Assembly (NCBI GenBank): GCA_030141605.1
Contig: JAQGDQ010000155.1
Coordinates: 310,001 to 374,000, forward strand
DNA: 64,000 nucleotides
Direction of reading: 5' to 3'
Source: Tubiluchus corallicola
Taxonomy: Eukaryota > Animalia > Priapulida
Below, in pieces: positions 50,692 to 63,755 of the stretch. A program made the position numbers and the translations under genes. Below the pieces are notes generated by a model. The model was given only the letters and a program-made list of their open reading frames with translations. It was not told where the DNA came from and did not search any database. Each line of letters opens with the position of its first letter. The first letter of the stretch is position 1.

Positions 50692-51239
50692 AGTGTGTGT
50701 GCCTGTCTGTCTTGCTTGGCCGTTGAATCCAAATCAATTGCTGGCGGAATTGTGGGAGTGCTGGCGTCCAAGGTTGTCAACATCTGATTGGGCGAGAATG
50801 CTCAATGAGTTGCTGCCTTGCTGGTGTATTGTTGTGGTACGAGGAATTTTCTTGTTACCTGCAAACTTTTGACGAATCTTAAAGACATTAATATTATTAG
50901 TATAAATTTTTTATTCACAATTCCATTCCAAATCAGGCCCTCTATTCGCAGGGCAAAAGTTACGAAGTAATGTAAATACAATGAATTACAGAATGCTATA
51001 CCTAATTACCACTGCAATAATACAATTGCAGTATGAATGGGTTGTTTACATTCATAAAAATTTCTTAAAGATAAATACATTTGGGCACTCATAATTATAT
51101 ATTTTACACACACACCCACACACACACGCACACACACACACCCACACACGCACACACACGCACGCACGGACGCACAAACACACACACATACACACACACA
51201 CACACACGCACGCCCTCACGCACACGCACACACACAGAG

Positions 51240-52749
51240 TAATTTAGATTTAGATTTAATATTTTATTTCAAACAAAGTTCATATACACATCACAAATTA
51301 ATACAAATAATACAATAAATCATGAAACACAACAATAACACAAATAACAATTAACGATATAACAAACCACACCAATGACATCTAATTACAGAAGTAAAGT
51401 TTGCATCACTGTTTAAAATGTTCTTGCATATAAAATTTCCACTGTTATTCAGCCTGACGTATAAACTGTATGCACATTTTCTGTGAATAACATCAAAATA
51501 AATAATATTAAGTCTAGTAGAAATATATCTTGCGCTCGTATCATATGAAAAGTTAAACAGCTTCCTTGTTGATACATTATATGCAACCTTGAGTTTGCTA
51601 AGATTGTAAGAATAAAAATGTCTCCAAGTGGACATACAATAAAAAGTAGTGCAGTAAGCATTACACAATTGTCTCTTCACGTTAACTGAACAGTGAGTAA
51701 ATTTCATGAGTAATTTATTTGCTCTCCCATAGTAAATTGAACATTGTCGTAATATATCTAAATCATCTCTATTGTCATCTGATAAAATATGACCCAGATA
51801 TTTTTCCTTTTTACTAGGTACAAAACTTTTACACTGCAAAACAACAGACCCAAAGGTAAACTGCTGCATGTGGGCGGAGCGAAATGTGACAAGTTTAGTC
51901 TTATTCACATTTACAAGGATATCATATTCTTTAGCAAATTTATTAAAAATACCTAGCAGTCTCTGCAAAGCCGTCGAGGTTGTTGCTAAAAGACATATGT
52001 CCTCAGCGTACATCAAGTGATTAATACAGGCTTCAGCAATATGACAACCCACACCAGAGTTAGTAAGTGCAGCACTAAGACTTTTAAAATAGAAGTTGAA
52101 TAACAGTGGAGACATTTTTCCACCTTGACGAATTCCGTTACCTACTGCAAAACTATCAGAGTTAAATTGACCCCATCTAACCAACATACGTTGTTCCGTA
52201 TAATAAAAAAGCAAAAGTCTAATTACTACATTTGGTAGGTTAGTATTGACGAGGTTTAGGAACAGTTTGAGATAGTTTACTCTATCGAACGCTTTTGATG
52301 CGTCAGTAAACAGAATATGTACACTGCTTTGTCGACTAATGTAATAGTCAAGCATCTCTTTTAAAGTATGGATGCACATCTCTGTGCCTAAGTTTTCAAC
52401 AAAACCAAACTGGTTTGGCGTGGTACTCAAACAAGAACTGTAACGATTTAGAAGCAGTATTTCTATAACTTTGCTTCCTACAGATGAAAGAGCGATAGGC
52501 CTATAGTTGTTCTTGTCTGTAATATCCCCATTTTTGTCTTTAACGAGAGGTACTAGTATAGATAACATTAACGAATGAGGCAAGTAACCGTGTGTTACAC
52601 AGGACGTGAATAGCAGCGCCAACATGATTGGCAGCAAATGGGATGAATTAGGGAAATGTTCACCTTTAAGTCCGTCTGGACCAGCTGATTTATGTAAGGC
52701 AAGCCTATCAATTGCCTCTTGCACTTCAAAAACTGTAAATAAAAACTGT
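51240..52749 (-). mobile_element. 5'-truncated non-LTR retrotransposon (LINE) RT region with 3' tail
   Basis: ORF 51351 to about 52740: KSAGPDG, NYRPIAL, QFGF, DASKAFDRV, GIRQGGKMSPLLFN, YAED (YADD mutated), YLGH. The minus-strand 3' end has AATAAA then (AAATCT)n. The ORF-track N-terminus is microsatellite read-through. Confidence 0.92.
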
Positions 52750-52751
52750 AA

Positions 52752-53070
<319 letters not shown>

Positions 53071-55090
53071 TGGATGATGGGCATGATAATGCCAAATCAG
53101 TTAACGTAAGCCGGTACATAGACTAAAGGGAAAAGAATTCTGCAAAAGAAGGATAACAGAATAAATGATAGTAATAATAGTGATAGTAATAATATAATAG
53201 GGTAAAATAGTAATAACAATAATAGTTATTATTATCTTAATAAATAACTTTATCACGCAAAATGTGCTTTTTTAATGTAAAATAACTGTGACTACAGACA
53301 TTAATTTTGAATAAAAGTGTATGATTATTATAATAAAGACACTTAAAGATAGCTAACTACTGCTGTGCATGGAACGAATGTTATTAATTTATTTTCTTGG
53401 TAGACTGAAAAAGCCAGTTAAGTAACTCTTCCAAAAATCGGGTAGCAATGTGATAAGATTGTGCCATTATTAAAACATTTTGAACTTAAATAAAACCAGT
53501 TACTTGATTTCACGCATTTAAAAAACCTAATAATGATCATTTTTCAACAAACACGTCTTCGAACAAAACTCTGCAATGCCCGCTCGGTTTTCAACTGTCA
53601 CCTAAAATATACGCGTTTTTTTCCATTGAGTTTCTGGTTAACGTGTAACGTTCGTGAACCCTCGTTACTATGAACCTTAATTGAATAATTAAGTTACTAT
53701 TATTATTAACCTAATAATATGAAGACTTAATTTTTTTACTTCGTATTTTAAAAGTTCGCAAAACAAAACATTAAATAAAATCGTTCAAAAATGGATTAAA
53801 TATTGTTTCCTCATTCAAGTAACATTTTGACTTGCTGATAATTTACACTAATTAGGATCTATAGTTTTATTCTCATATTATAAATTGCACAAAGGTTTTT
53901 AGTTTTATAAACTCTTACTTACATATGACAAATTCGTGTGAGCATTGTAGACCTATTATTACAATACCTAGTACTCTGCGCCTAACTACAAATCAAATCA
54001 CAATATACATTAAATAAGAGCACAACAACAAACCTTAAATTAACTATAATTTACTCCTGTATGCCTATATCTAGAGGTCTTGCCTTGTTAGCTAAAGCTA
54101 AGAAAGTCGTCTATGTCGTCTCATGCTGAGCAGTCTTACACAGACATTGCCAAATAAATTAGTCTGGCTAGCAGGCTTCAATGCATACATGTGTGGTCTG
54201 AATCAGGAATTATTACCTATATACAGATCTATCTTATGAGTAAAGTTATAATATTCAAAGGTTCAAGGCCAAATTACAAGACCGTGGACCTTTGTATTAA
54301 ATAGATAGAAGTTTCTTTATGATGCTCTAAAACGAAAATATAGAGACCGATTTTTTAATGGATAAAATTCATTAACCTCGGGAAATATACGCGTTTTGCC
54401 GACAAGAGGTAGTTTAATAAAACTAAACAAAAAGCCCAAGTACCAAATGTTGAGACCAAACAAGTTAAGAGATCAGATCAGATCTTAAATACAAAACAAA
54501 TATCTGCAAAATCCAAACATCTCGTGTCTGACGTTGCACCAAAAACAAAGCTACTAACTCGTGGCGCCACCAACAAGACGCCAGACCAAACCAATCACAA
54601 AAGCAGATTATATGGTGCTGACACCTGCAGGCAAAAACAAACTCCAATCACCAGCTATCGCAGCCGTAGATAACAACCAACTTGAATAAAAACGTCCGTA
54701 CAGTTCCTCTTATTATAGATAATATTTACAAGATTTCGGTCCATTGAGTATGTACGCTTTCCAAATTATGCAAAAACATTGTTACCAATCAAATGTAATT
54801 AACTGACCAATATTATATTTTAAACGTAAAATTATATTACAGTATTCGAAACAATTGCCGTTTACACGAAGGCTACATAAGAAACTAGAGCAATCAGTCA
54901 ATAGAAAACAGTACATGCTTTCTCGAAAAGAAAAAAAACTTGCTTTAATCCGAAATTTTAATCGTATTCGGAGCAAGAAAAGAAGACCCAATCACAGACG
55001 ACGGTCTCCCAAACGTGGCACTAATCGTCTGTTGTTACATAATGATGGAAAAATGTTCAATAACTTGCCAACATTGATGCTCTTACGGTA

Positions 55091-55308
55091 GATGATGTTG
55101 ATGATGATGATGATAGTGATAATGACGACGTGATGATGATGATTATTATTATTACGACAACGACGACGACGACGACGATGATGACGATGACGACGATGAT
55201 GTGATGATGATTGTGGCGACGATGATGATGATGATTATGATTACGACAATGACAACGACGACGATGATGATTATGATCATGATGACGGTGCTGATGATGA
55301 TGATGATA
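55091..55308. repeat. (GAT)n/(GAC)n degenerate microsatellite
   Basis: Direct reading. Confidence 0.85.
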
Positions 55309-56669
55309 ACTCCCTACAATCAGATGTTTGAACAGAAACTAACAGTTGGCACAAAGTAAGGCTGTCCAAAAGTCAAACGAGCTAAGCTATTCGATTTTGC
55401 ATTATACCAGAGTGACAAAGCTATCAAATATTTAAAAGGGATTGAACGTATAAAGAAAGAGTCTAAACATAAAGAATGACACATAGAATACGCCAAATAT
55501 ATCGTTAAATTGTGATACAACACTGATGCAATATTTACAGTAGAACAGGATACTTAAACAGAAAACGATTCAAGAAATAAAACAGTAATTTCTACTCTTA
55601 CAGCTGTTCAAACTACAAACCAAGGTAAGTCTTCTCATATCAAAATTTGTGTTTTTTGGTGTTTTACGATTCTTCGAAATAAAAAAAACATCAACATTTT
55701 CCCCCGCAATTTTTTCAAAAAAATTAAGCAAAATTATTTTTTCATAATTTAGACCTACCGTGTAATTATAAGTTATAAAAAAGCTATAATTTCTGCATAA
55801 AGTATATAAGTTTCTATATTTTTTAGCATGGAATCTTTTACTTATTAATTTTAGTCGATGCAGTGGGTTATTTTTCTGAAACTATTTATAAACGCAGTGC
55901 TTTTCTAAATTTTATTTTAAGCTATTACTTCTCATGTCAATAAATGTGCATACAAAGAAAGTTTTGATAATTGTGTGCTTGAATAGCAAAATCGTCCATA
56001 AGTCGGCAATTAAGCTGTTCTAGTTATTCACATATCCCGAATCTCCATTTCATGAGGATCATTTCATGATGATCAAGTTCATCACTCTATATTATTACTA
56101 ACCTGAGATAATCCACGTTGAAGTTGAGGTGCAAGCTATGCACTGAAAAACATAATCTTGAGAAAGTCACTGTTAAAGTCAGCCATTGTTTTTTTTTTCA
56201 CGTTTGTACAAAACACTTAGCAACCGTACAAATGTTGGTGACTACAGACTTTGCAAGAGAACATTGAAGTTATGTCTAAAACCAGTAGATGGCTCTTTCT
56301 GACGAAGATCTGGGCTTGGCAACAAAAAACCCAAAGCAAAATTATTGCTTCCCGTAGCCATCGTAGTTTGAAAATACAAGTTTTTTTTACAATTGCGATA
56401 TTAGTTTCTAACCAGAGAAGTGGATACGGGGTTATAAAATTAGAATTTAAGTATCTTTTAAACATTTTTTTTCACAAGTTGGTGCTAGAATATTAGAACC
56501 CAATATATTTGGCATTTGTTTTTATAAAAAAAATTAACATTTACCCAAATTCTTGGTGCATTCTACTTTGAAGCAGCATAACGTGGTTTTAACTATGCCG
56601 ACCTATGCACGATTTTGGCTTGCAAGCACACAATTAATTTCTCACCTTCTTGCTTTCAGAACAGCCGTT

Positions 56670-59600
56670 ATGAAGTTCCTTATCGGATTGACGCTTCTTG
56701 GACTTAGTGTAAATGAACTTAGTGGTATGTATCATAGCAATAGGCCTATCGAAGTACCCAGTATGTAACAATCTTATAAAGGAGAAGAAATGGTGATTTT
56801 AAAATATGCGTCATTGAACTTTCCATACAAAGTCACGTTACCTAACATTACGCTCACCTGTTTGAAATAGTTAGGTAATTGAGAAAGAAATTTCTTTTGT
56901 GATTTAAGATTAGCTGGTAAAACGTCACTGGCTCACTAACCCGGTGTGCGCCAGAAAACGTATTTGGTTCACCAAAAATATACTAAACTTTCTAATTAAT
57001 AAGATAAAATAATTTATAATTTTTCTTAGCAAGTGAAGTGTGCGCTATGCATGCTGTGGTTAATGTTTCATGCAATTTGATGCATTGTTATTTAAACTTT
57101 TTTCAAATGACTTACAGTTAATATGGCTTCGGGTAAGGATCATGACAGGAGCTTAAATTTACAAGTTTTTTACTGTGTTACTCTTAATAAAAGCCCTGCA
57201 ATAAGACAACATATGGATAATATAAGATTTTGCGATGACATTTTTGCTCATGGGGAATGGGGAGAAAAGCCCAAAGCAAAAGTGTTAAAATTTACAGTGC
57301 GTAAGAAACTGTGTAAGAAAATGACAGTGCGTAAGAAACTGCGTAAGAAAATGCAAGACATTGCATTAAAATAACCGTACATTGAGTGTAGAACAATCTT
57401 GCATAAAAATTAACAATATTTCACGTTAGGGTGTTTTCCTAGTACAACGACACCCCAGCCAGAGGCAACGACACCCCAGCCAGATACAGTGACACCTCAA
57501 CCAGAGACAACGACACCCCAGCTAGAGACAACGACGCCCCAGCCAGAGACAACGACACCCCAGCCAGAGACAGTGACACCACAGCAAGAGACAGTGACAC
57601 CCCAGCTAGAGACAACGACACCCCAGCCAGAGACAACGACACCCCAGCCAGAGACAACGACACCCCAGCTAGAGACAACGACACCCCAGCTAGAGACAAC
57701 GACACCTAAACTCGACAAAACAGCCAGAGACAGTGACACCCCAGCCAGAGACAACGACACCCCAGCCAGAGACAACGACACTCCAACCAGAGACAACGAC
57801 ACCACAGCCAGAGACAGTGACACCACAACCAGTTACTGCAATGAATACAGATGATGCACCAGACAAAACCACAACAGCATCCACAGTGCTAAAGGAAAGT
57901 ACATCAGACAGTGAGCCAAAAGAGACTACAATACCTCTGGAAGATGATACAACCATGATACAGGAAACTACAACATTCGAAACTACAATACCAGAAGATA
58001 CTACAACAAAAACGTCAACAAACTCCCAAACAAGAAAGACAACCACAGCAGGTAATGAGGCAAGACATTTCGTCCTGCAATATTTATATATATATATATG
58101 CAATATATATTTAGGCTATTGCAGGACGGATATATATATAATAACAAAGTAGTACTCATTATTTAATTAGCACTTTAAGGCTAGCAGTTAATCCACAATG
58201 GAATAAACCCAGAATTACAAATTTTTTGAAGCCGGACCTGAGCCAAATTTTTGAACTAATAAGCTTACCTAACCAATAAGTCTTTTCACAGTTTCGTTGT
58301 GTGCACGCGCAGTTGCAAGAGGTCAAAGGTTAAGTGCGCCACACCAACGCATCATAACTGCAACCGTCCGTGACATGTAGGTAAAGCAAAGCCGTCTACA
58401 GCATCAGTTCAGTGACTTCAGTTGTTTTACGCGGACTTTAGTTAATTATGCATTAGTCTGTGCGTAGAGCGATTTACTAGCAGGATCTTGCTTGGGAACA
58501 AGAAAAAATGAACTAGGTAAAGTTCTAGCTAACTGTTAAAACTGTTACTATTACAACAGCATGAGCTGCGAGGCATTGTGAAGTGTACCCGAACGCGCTG
58601 TCTGATACACTTAATCTTTGGCCTTTTCACGATCGTCATCAATCGCTGGAACTGTGAAAAGGCTTATTGATCATACAATCCGTTATGATAATTATGCCAG
58701 GCCTTAATCAATTCCTAATAGTTCGCTAACCCTAATGAGTGCCAACTATTGTGTAGTGGCATTGGTATTGGGCCTATGATCCAAAAGCCCCTGGTTCGAG
58801 GCCAGACTCAGCCAGACATTTTTCCACTTTCTGCACGTCGTTTTATTTTAGTATCAACGGTTTAATAACTGTTTAAAATCTCTATCGTATAGTACTAAAT
58901 TTATTCTTTGCACTTAACTTACTTGTGCTTTTGCAGTCAATCTCGGGCAGTGGTCAGCGTGGAAGGAAGGACCGTGCCATCCCTGTGGAACAACTGAAGG
59001 AACTCTAGTTCGTAGTCGAGTCTGTTTGCCTAGAGGAGCCCTATGCGGGTAATGGTAGTTCCACCTCTTACTAAATATTTTTAAAATATATTTAAAAATA
59101 CATTCAGTGAAAATATAACGACATTCCTATTATTTCGTATGTGTTGTAATAGGTAGTAGATTCTGGTTGCACCATAATGCATTGCAATTGATTCTGATTG
59201 CAGCATAGTGTATTGCAGTAGAGTCTGATTACAACATGATGTATCAATAATAGATTCTGACTGCACCATTGAATATTGCAGTAAATTCTCATTGCACCAT
59301 AGTGTATTGCAATAGATTTTGATTGCACCATAATGTATCATTAATAGATGCTGATTGCACCATAGTGTATCATTAATAGATGCTGATTGCACCATAGTGT
59401 ATAGCAATAGATTTCTCTATAACCACATAATTATCTGTGTGGGTTCATTGCAGTAACAAGCGTACATACATAGTACACACGTACAGTGCCGCTTGCATTA
59501 AAATCTGTTTCATTTCTTCAATTTACAGAGAGGATCAACTGGTAGCTGAACAAGAGCAAAAGACCTGCACCAGCCCTCCGTGTGTTCCTGGTCCTGGGGG

Positions 59601-61306
59601 ACCATCAGTACGGGCGTGTTGGATTTACGACTACAAGGGACGTCTAAGGTATAAAATAGAAGCCATTTAAGCTGATAAATTTATTAATAATGAAGCAGTT
59701 TACGATTCCCGACACAATTTAAAAACGTTAACCCTAACATTAGCCCTATCCCTAACATTAGCCCCAACTCTAACTCTAATATAGCATTAGCCCTAACCCT
59801 AACCCTAACATTAGCCCTGGCCCTAACCCTAACATTAGTCCTAATCCAACCTAACATTAACCATAACCCAAACATTAGCCCTAACCATAACCCTAATATT
59901 AGCTTTAACCATAACCCTAATCCTAACATTAGCCCTAACACTAACCATAATCCTAACATTAGCCCTAACCCTAACCCTAACATTAGTCCTAACTCCAACC
60001 GTAACCCTAACATTAGCCCTAACCATAACCCTAACATTAGCCCTAGCCATAACCCTATTCCTAACATTAGTCCTAACACTAACCCCTGCGTTAGCCCTAA
60101 CACTACCATACAATTAGCCCTAACACTAACATTAGCCCTAACCCTAACCCTAACATTAGTCCTTACCCTATCCCTAACCCCAACCCAACCCTAACAATAA
60201 ACCCCAACCCCAATACTAGCCATAATCCTAATCCTGACGCTAGTCCTAACATTAGCCCTAACCCTAACCCTAACATTAGCCCTAACCCTAACGTTAACGT
60301 TAGCCCTAACCATAACCATAACATTAGCCCTAACCCTAACTCTAATCCTGACATTAGCCCTACCCATAACCACAGCATTAGCCCTAACCCTAACCCTAAC
60401 CCTAATACTAGCCATAATCCTTCAACCTAAATAAAACAAGTGATACTATAAAATAAAAAGAAGAGGACAAAACAACACAATGTCAAGAAACACAAAGTGT
60501 CTCAGAAGCAATGAGGAAGGGGTACGAGTTTGCTTTTTGGTCAATAGCTGGCGCTACCTGCGTCCTGAACGGCGTAATTATGGAGCAGTAAAACAAAAGA
60601 AGAACACAGTAATGATTTTCTACCAAAATCCTATTATAATAAAGAGGATTTCTTTATGTTATTATCACTTAACTAAAATGTCTGCGTTTTCTTCTCGAAC
60701 TGTCTGAATTAATGCATGCACGTAAAACAAAAGGAACACCACAACGAAAGTAGTTGTCCTTCACATAAACCACACAGCCCGTTAAAGTGGTTTATGGGTT
60801 AGAGTTATTGTTAGGGTTATATTTTTTAAAGTTTATAAGGAAGTTCATCTCTTTCAAAATTATAACATTATAAAGTATACCAATGTACATTGTAATATTT
60901 TAATTTAATCCACACAAAAGGCCATCCAGCCAAAACAGTCATGTAACACATGATAACTAAAAGTTCTTAAGGTCTCTACAGTCTAGACGTCATCTTCAGC
61001 AGTCAACAGCAACTTGTTTGTGAACTCTTTGACGTCTAGACTGTACAACCTAAACGTCTTAATGCTTTTAACGTTTTACATTTTTAATAAAAGTCGCCTC
61101 TTTCACGTTACTTTGGGGTGCCCTTATAAACTAGTTGAGACGTCACAGGCTGTATAGTGTATACCATACGTCATATTGTATACGTGTATTATAACATACG
61201 TCAAGATGATGAAATGGTATGTTTTAGGAGAATGTCTGGCTGTACCATGTGGTGTCGTTCTGGCAATGCGTTAGATCTTCGTACCCTTCAGTGTCGCAAG
61301 ATGTAG
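56670..61306 (+). CDS. Secreted mucin-like protein with thrombospondin type-1 repeat and Cys-rich C-terminal module (about 328 aa; apparent 1-nt frameshift at about 57717-57720)
   Basis: Exons 56670-56724 (MKFLIGLTLLGLSVNELSG, signal peptide-like), 57430-58051 (CFPS then TTTPQPE repeats and T/S/E-rich tract), 58937-59048 (VNLGQWSAWKEGPCHPCGTTEGTLVRSRVCLPRGALCG), 59529-59648 (EDQLVAEQEQKTCTSPPCVPGPGGPSVRACWIYDYKGRLR), 61228-61306 (RMSGCTMWCRSGNALDLRTLQCRKM*). GT-AG junctions, phases 1,1,2,2 all compatible. Confidence 0.8.
57443..57832 (+). repeat. 21-bp coding tandem repeat (GAGACAACGACACCCCAGCCA = ETTTPQP), about 18 copies
   Basis: Direct reading; ORFs 57489 and 57733. Confidence 0.95.
58279..58664. 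mobile_element. TA-flanked MITE (TIR AGCCTTTTCAC), copy 2
   Basis: TA-AGTCTTTTCAC...GTGAAAAGGCT-TA; reverse complement of 7525-7894. Confidence 0.8.
58741..58822 (+). mobile_element. tRNA-derived SINE head or tRNA relic
   Basis: TGTGTAGTGG (A-box-like) ... CCTGGTTCGAGGCCAG (T-arm/B-box) followed by TTTTT; the acceptor stem does not pair. Confidence 0.35.
59156..59415. repeat. 31-32-bp degenerate minisatellite, about 8 copies
   Basis: TAGAT(T/G)CTGATTGCACCATAGTGTAT(T/C)... recurs, e.g. at 59341 and 59373. Confidence 0.85.
59728..60430 (-). repeat. Degenerate interstitial telomere-like array (TTAGGG interleaved with CTAATG/TTATGG)
   Basis: Plus strand is built of CCCTAA, CATTAG and CCATAA hexamers, largely in register over about 700 bp. 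Confidence 0.9.
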
Positions 61307-63394
61307 TGCAACCGAACAAGCAGGAGGAAAAAAGAAGTAGGAAAAACGAAACATCTTGCTACAGCTGGCAGTCTAACTGCCTAAAATCTTAGATTATAAG
61401 CGCCATTATCTTTTCTCATATAATATAATCAGATCTTCTAATCGGCCGACCGAAAGGCCTATTTGACAGGGAGGAGGCAAGGAAAAATGATTCACTGAAT
61501 TTGTGTCAGAAAATCACGAAAATTTTCTGAAAGTTTCCGATTTTTTTTCAAAATCCCAAACAGCAAGAAAGTTCATTTCAGAGTCAGCTGCTGCCGCTAC
61601 TTTACGAGTATATGTTGTACAATGACGTCTAAATTAAGTTGTACTTGCTGTACTTCTCATACACAAAGCACAATTTATAATGTTAGTCAATATAATGTCA
61701 GATCTGTTTTTCTTGATAAAGTCTTACTAACCACTCCAAGATCTGAAAATACACATAAAATAATGTACATATACATGAAAGTATAAAATAAACATATCCA
61801 CGCGTTATTTTCCTTTTTCGCGAACATAGCCGTCGATGTTGGATTAATAAAACATAAAATCGCCAGTCTATTAAGAGAGGGATTAAAGCTTACAATTTTG
61901 TGCTGAAATGTCTTCGTTAAATATTTCAAGAAGTAATTGAATAGTTAAATTTAAGACTGAATTCCGTGAGGTTCCTCGCGAGGAGGACGCATGGCTTTTA
62001 GTTGACAGCAGAGTTACTCACGAAGAATTTTGTTACTACAAAACTAAGTTTTGTGGCAAGTTGGCATAGATATATGAGGGCACCAAGGATAAAAAGATTC
62101 TTTCCACCATCGCACTATATTGTTTATGCTAGATTATTTATGCTTGGTTTTTCAAGTCTTATGCAAATTTTTATAATAGCCTAACATTGTTCACTGTTTA
62201 ATTCTAAGACGTCCACTTAGTCTTCCCTTGCTGGATCTTTTAAAATTTCATCTTCATCAGCTTCAAGCTTAGTCACATGTACAGCTAAAGTTCCCGCCAT
62301 ATTACTAGATGAAAAATGTCCACAAAATTTAATACTGCCTCCAGCATATTGTTAGAAAAATCACTTAACAAAACTGCAGGCCGAACTGGAGGTTTGCAGC
62401 ACTTTTTAGCTGCCAAGGTAAACATTTGGTGCAGCCAGAAAGAAAGATACTGCGACCGGTAAACTAAAAAAAAAATTGCCTACATTAAACCAACAAGAGG
62501 AATAATAAGTTATCCCACATCTGGCACTCGTGCTTTGTAAAAAAAACATGAACAATGCTTTTCAACAACACCAGTGTATAGTTCCAAACCAAATTGAACA
62601 ATATCGAATCACTGAAAATTTGAAAATTTGAAAATTTTTCGCTGTATGTTTTAATATAAAAAATGTGAGCAAACATCTTTTACCCCATATTTCGTCGGCT
62701 AAGGGTTAATGTTTTTTATATATACTTAGAGAGTTACCTACAGTATTAAATATAAAATGAGATCAAATTTTACTACAATTCACTGATCTTGCTATGTATC
62801 ATATTATTTCTTATCAGTTATCACCGTACTGTTACAGTATAATTATTATAAGATATTAAAATAAGGTCAACATGTACAGGACTGTATGGTTGTTTGTTAC
62901 CCTCGCATTCGGCATTGTTTCGTCTATTGTAACAGTTACAGTATCATACTGATGTAGTACTGCTATTGTCCACGTGTGCAAAATAAAATGATTCTGGCTC
63001 TTATTCTTAACAACATTCGTTTGCTAACTTTGATAAAATAAGCCCTTTCCAAGGTATGCGCATGCGCAGTTGCTGTAGGTCAAGTGTGCCACAGTAATAC
63101 GTCTTAATACTACAACCGTCACGCGACATGTGGGTAAAGCAAAGCAGTCTGCCGCAACAGTTCAATAACGACAAGTTAAATGGATTAAAGTAAAAACATT
63201 GTCGAAAGATTATCCTTATATTGGTACATAATTTCACCACGAGAAAAAGCAGTTAAGTAATTACACCACTCTCCCAGGCAAAAAATAATAAGTGAGTTGA
63301 AATGTACAGCACTTTCCACAACATCTCTTTCAGTTTTAACCGCTTTGCATGTCTGCAAAAACAAGAAGTGATTATTATTTCAATAACGATAATA

Positions 63395-63755
63395 AGCTTT
63401 TTCGCAATTTCGCTGTGCGCACGCGCAGTTGCTGTAGGTCAAAGGTTAAGTGTACCACAGCAACGCGTCTTAGCTACAACAGTCACGTGACATGTATGTA
63501 AAGCAAAGCAATCTGCGACATCAGTTCAGTAACTTGTTTTACGTGGAGTTTACTTAGTTATGCATTAATCTAAGCGTAAAGTGATTTACTACCAGGTTCC
63601 TGCTTGGAAACAAGAAAAAATAAACTAGGTAAGGTTCTAGCTAGCTGTTACAACTGTCACTACACGTTGTCAAGTGTACACAAATGTGCTGTCTGACACA
63701 CTTAGGCTACGATTTTTTCACGATAATCATTAGTCACTGGAAATGTGAAAAGGCT
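63395..63755. mobile_element. TA-flanked MITE (TIR AGCCTTTTCAC), copy 3; partial fourth copy at about 63040-63190
   Basis: TA-AGCTTTTTCGC...GTGAAAAGGCT-TA; colinear with 58279-58664. Confidence 0.75.

Noticed and set aside
50688-50772. GT...AG intron in GPCR copy 2 precisely lost from copy 1
   Set aside because: The indel boundary is 2 nt off the GT and there is no polypyrimidine tract.
57439-58103. Minus-strand LAGVSLS / WGVVVSG repeat ORFs
   Set aside because: Antisense shadows of the 21-bp coding repeat; the splice signals and signal peptide are on the plus strand.
59728-60430. True telomere or chromosome fusion site
   Set aside because: Degenerate, intronic, flanked by exons of one gene, and without long perfect TTAGGG runs.
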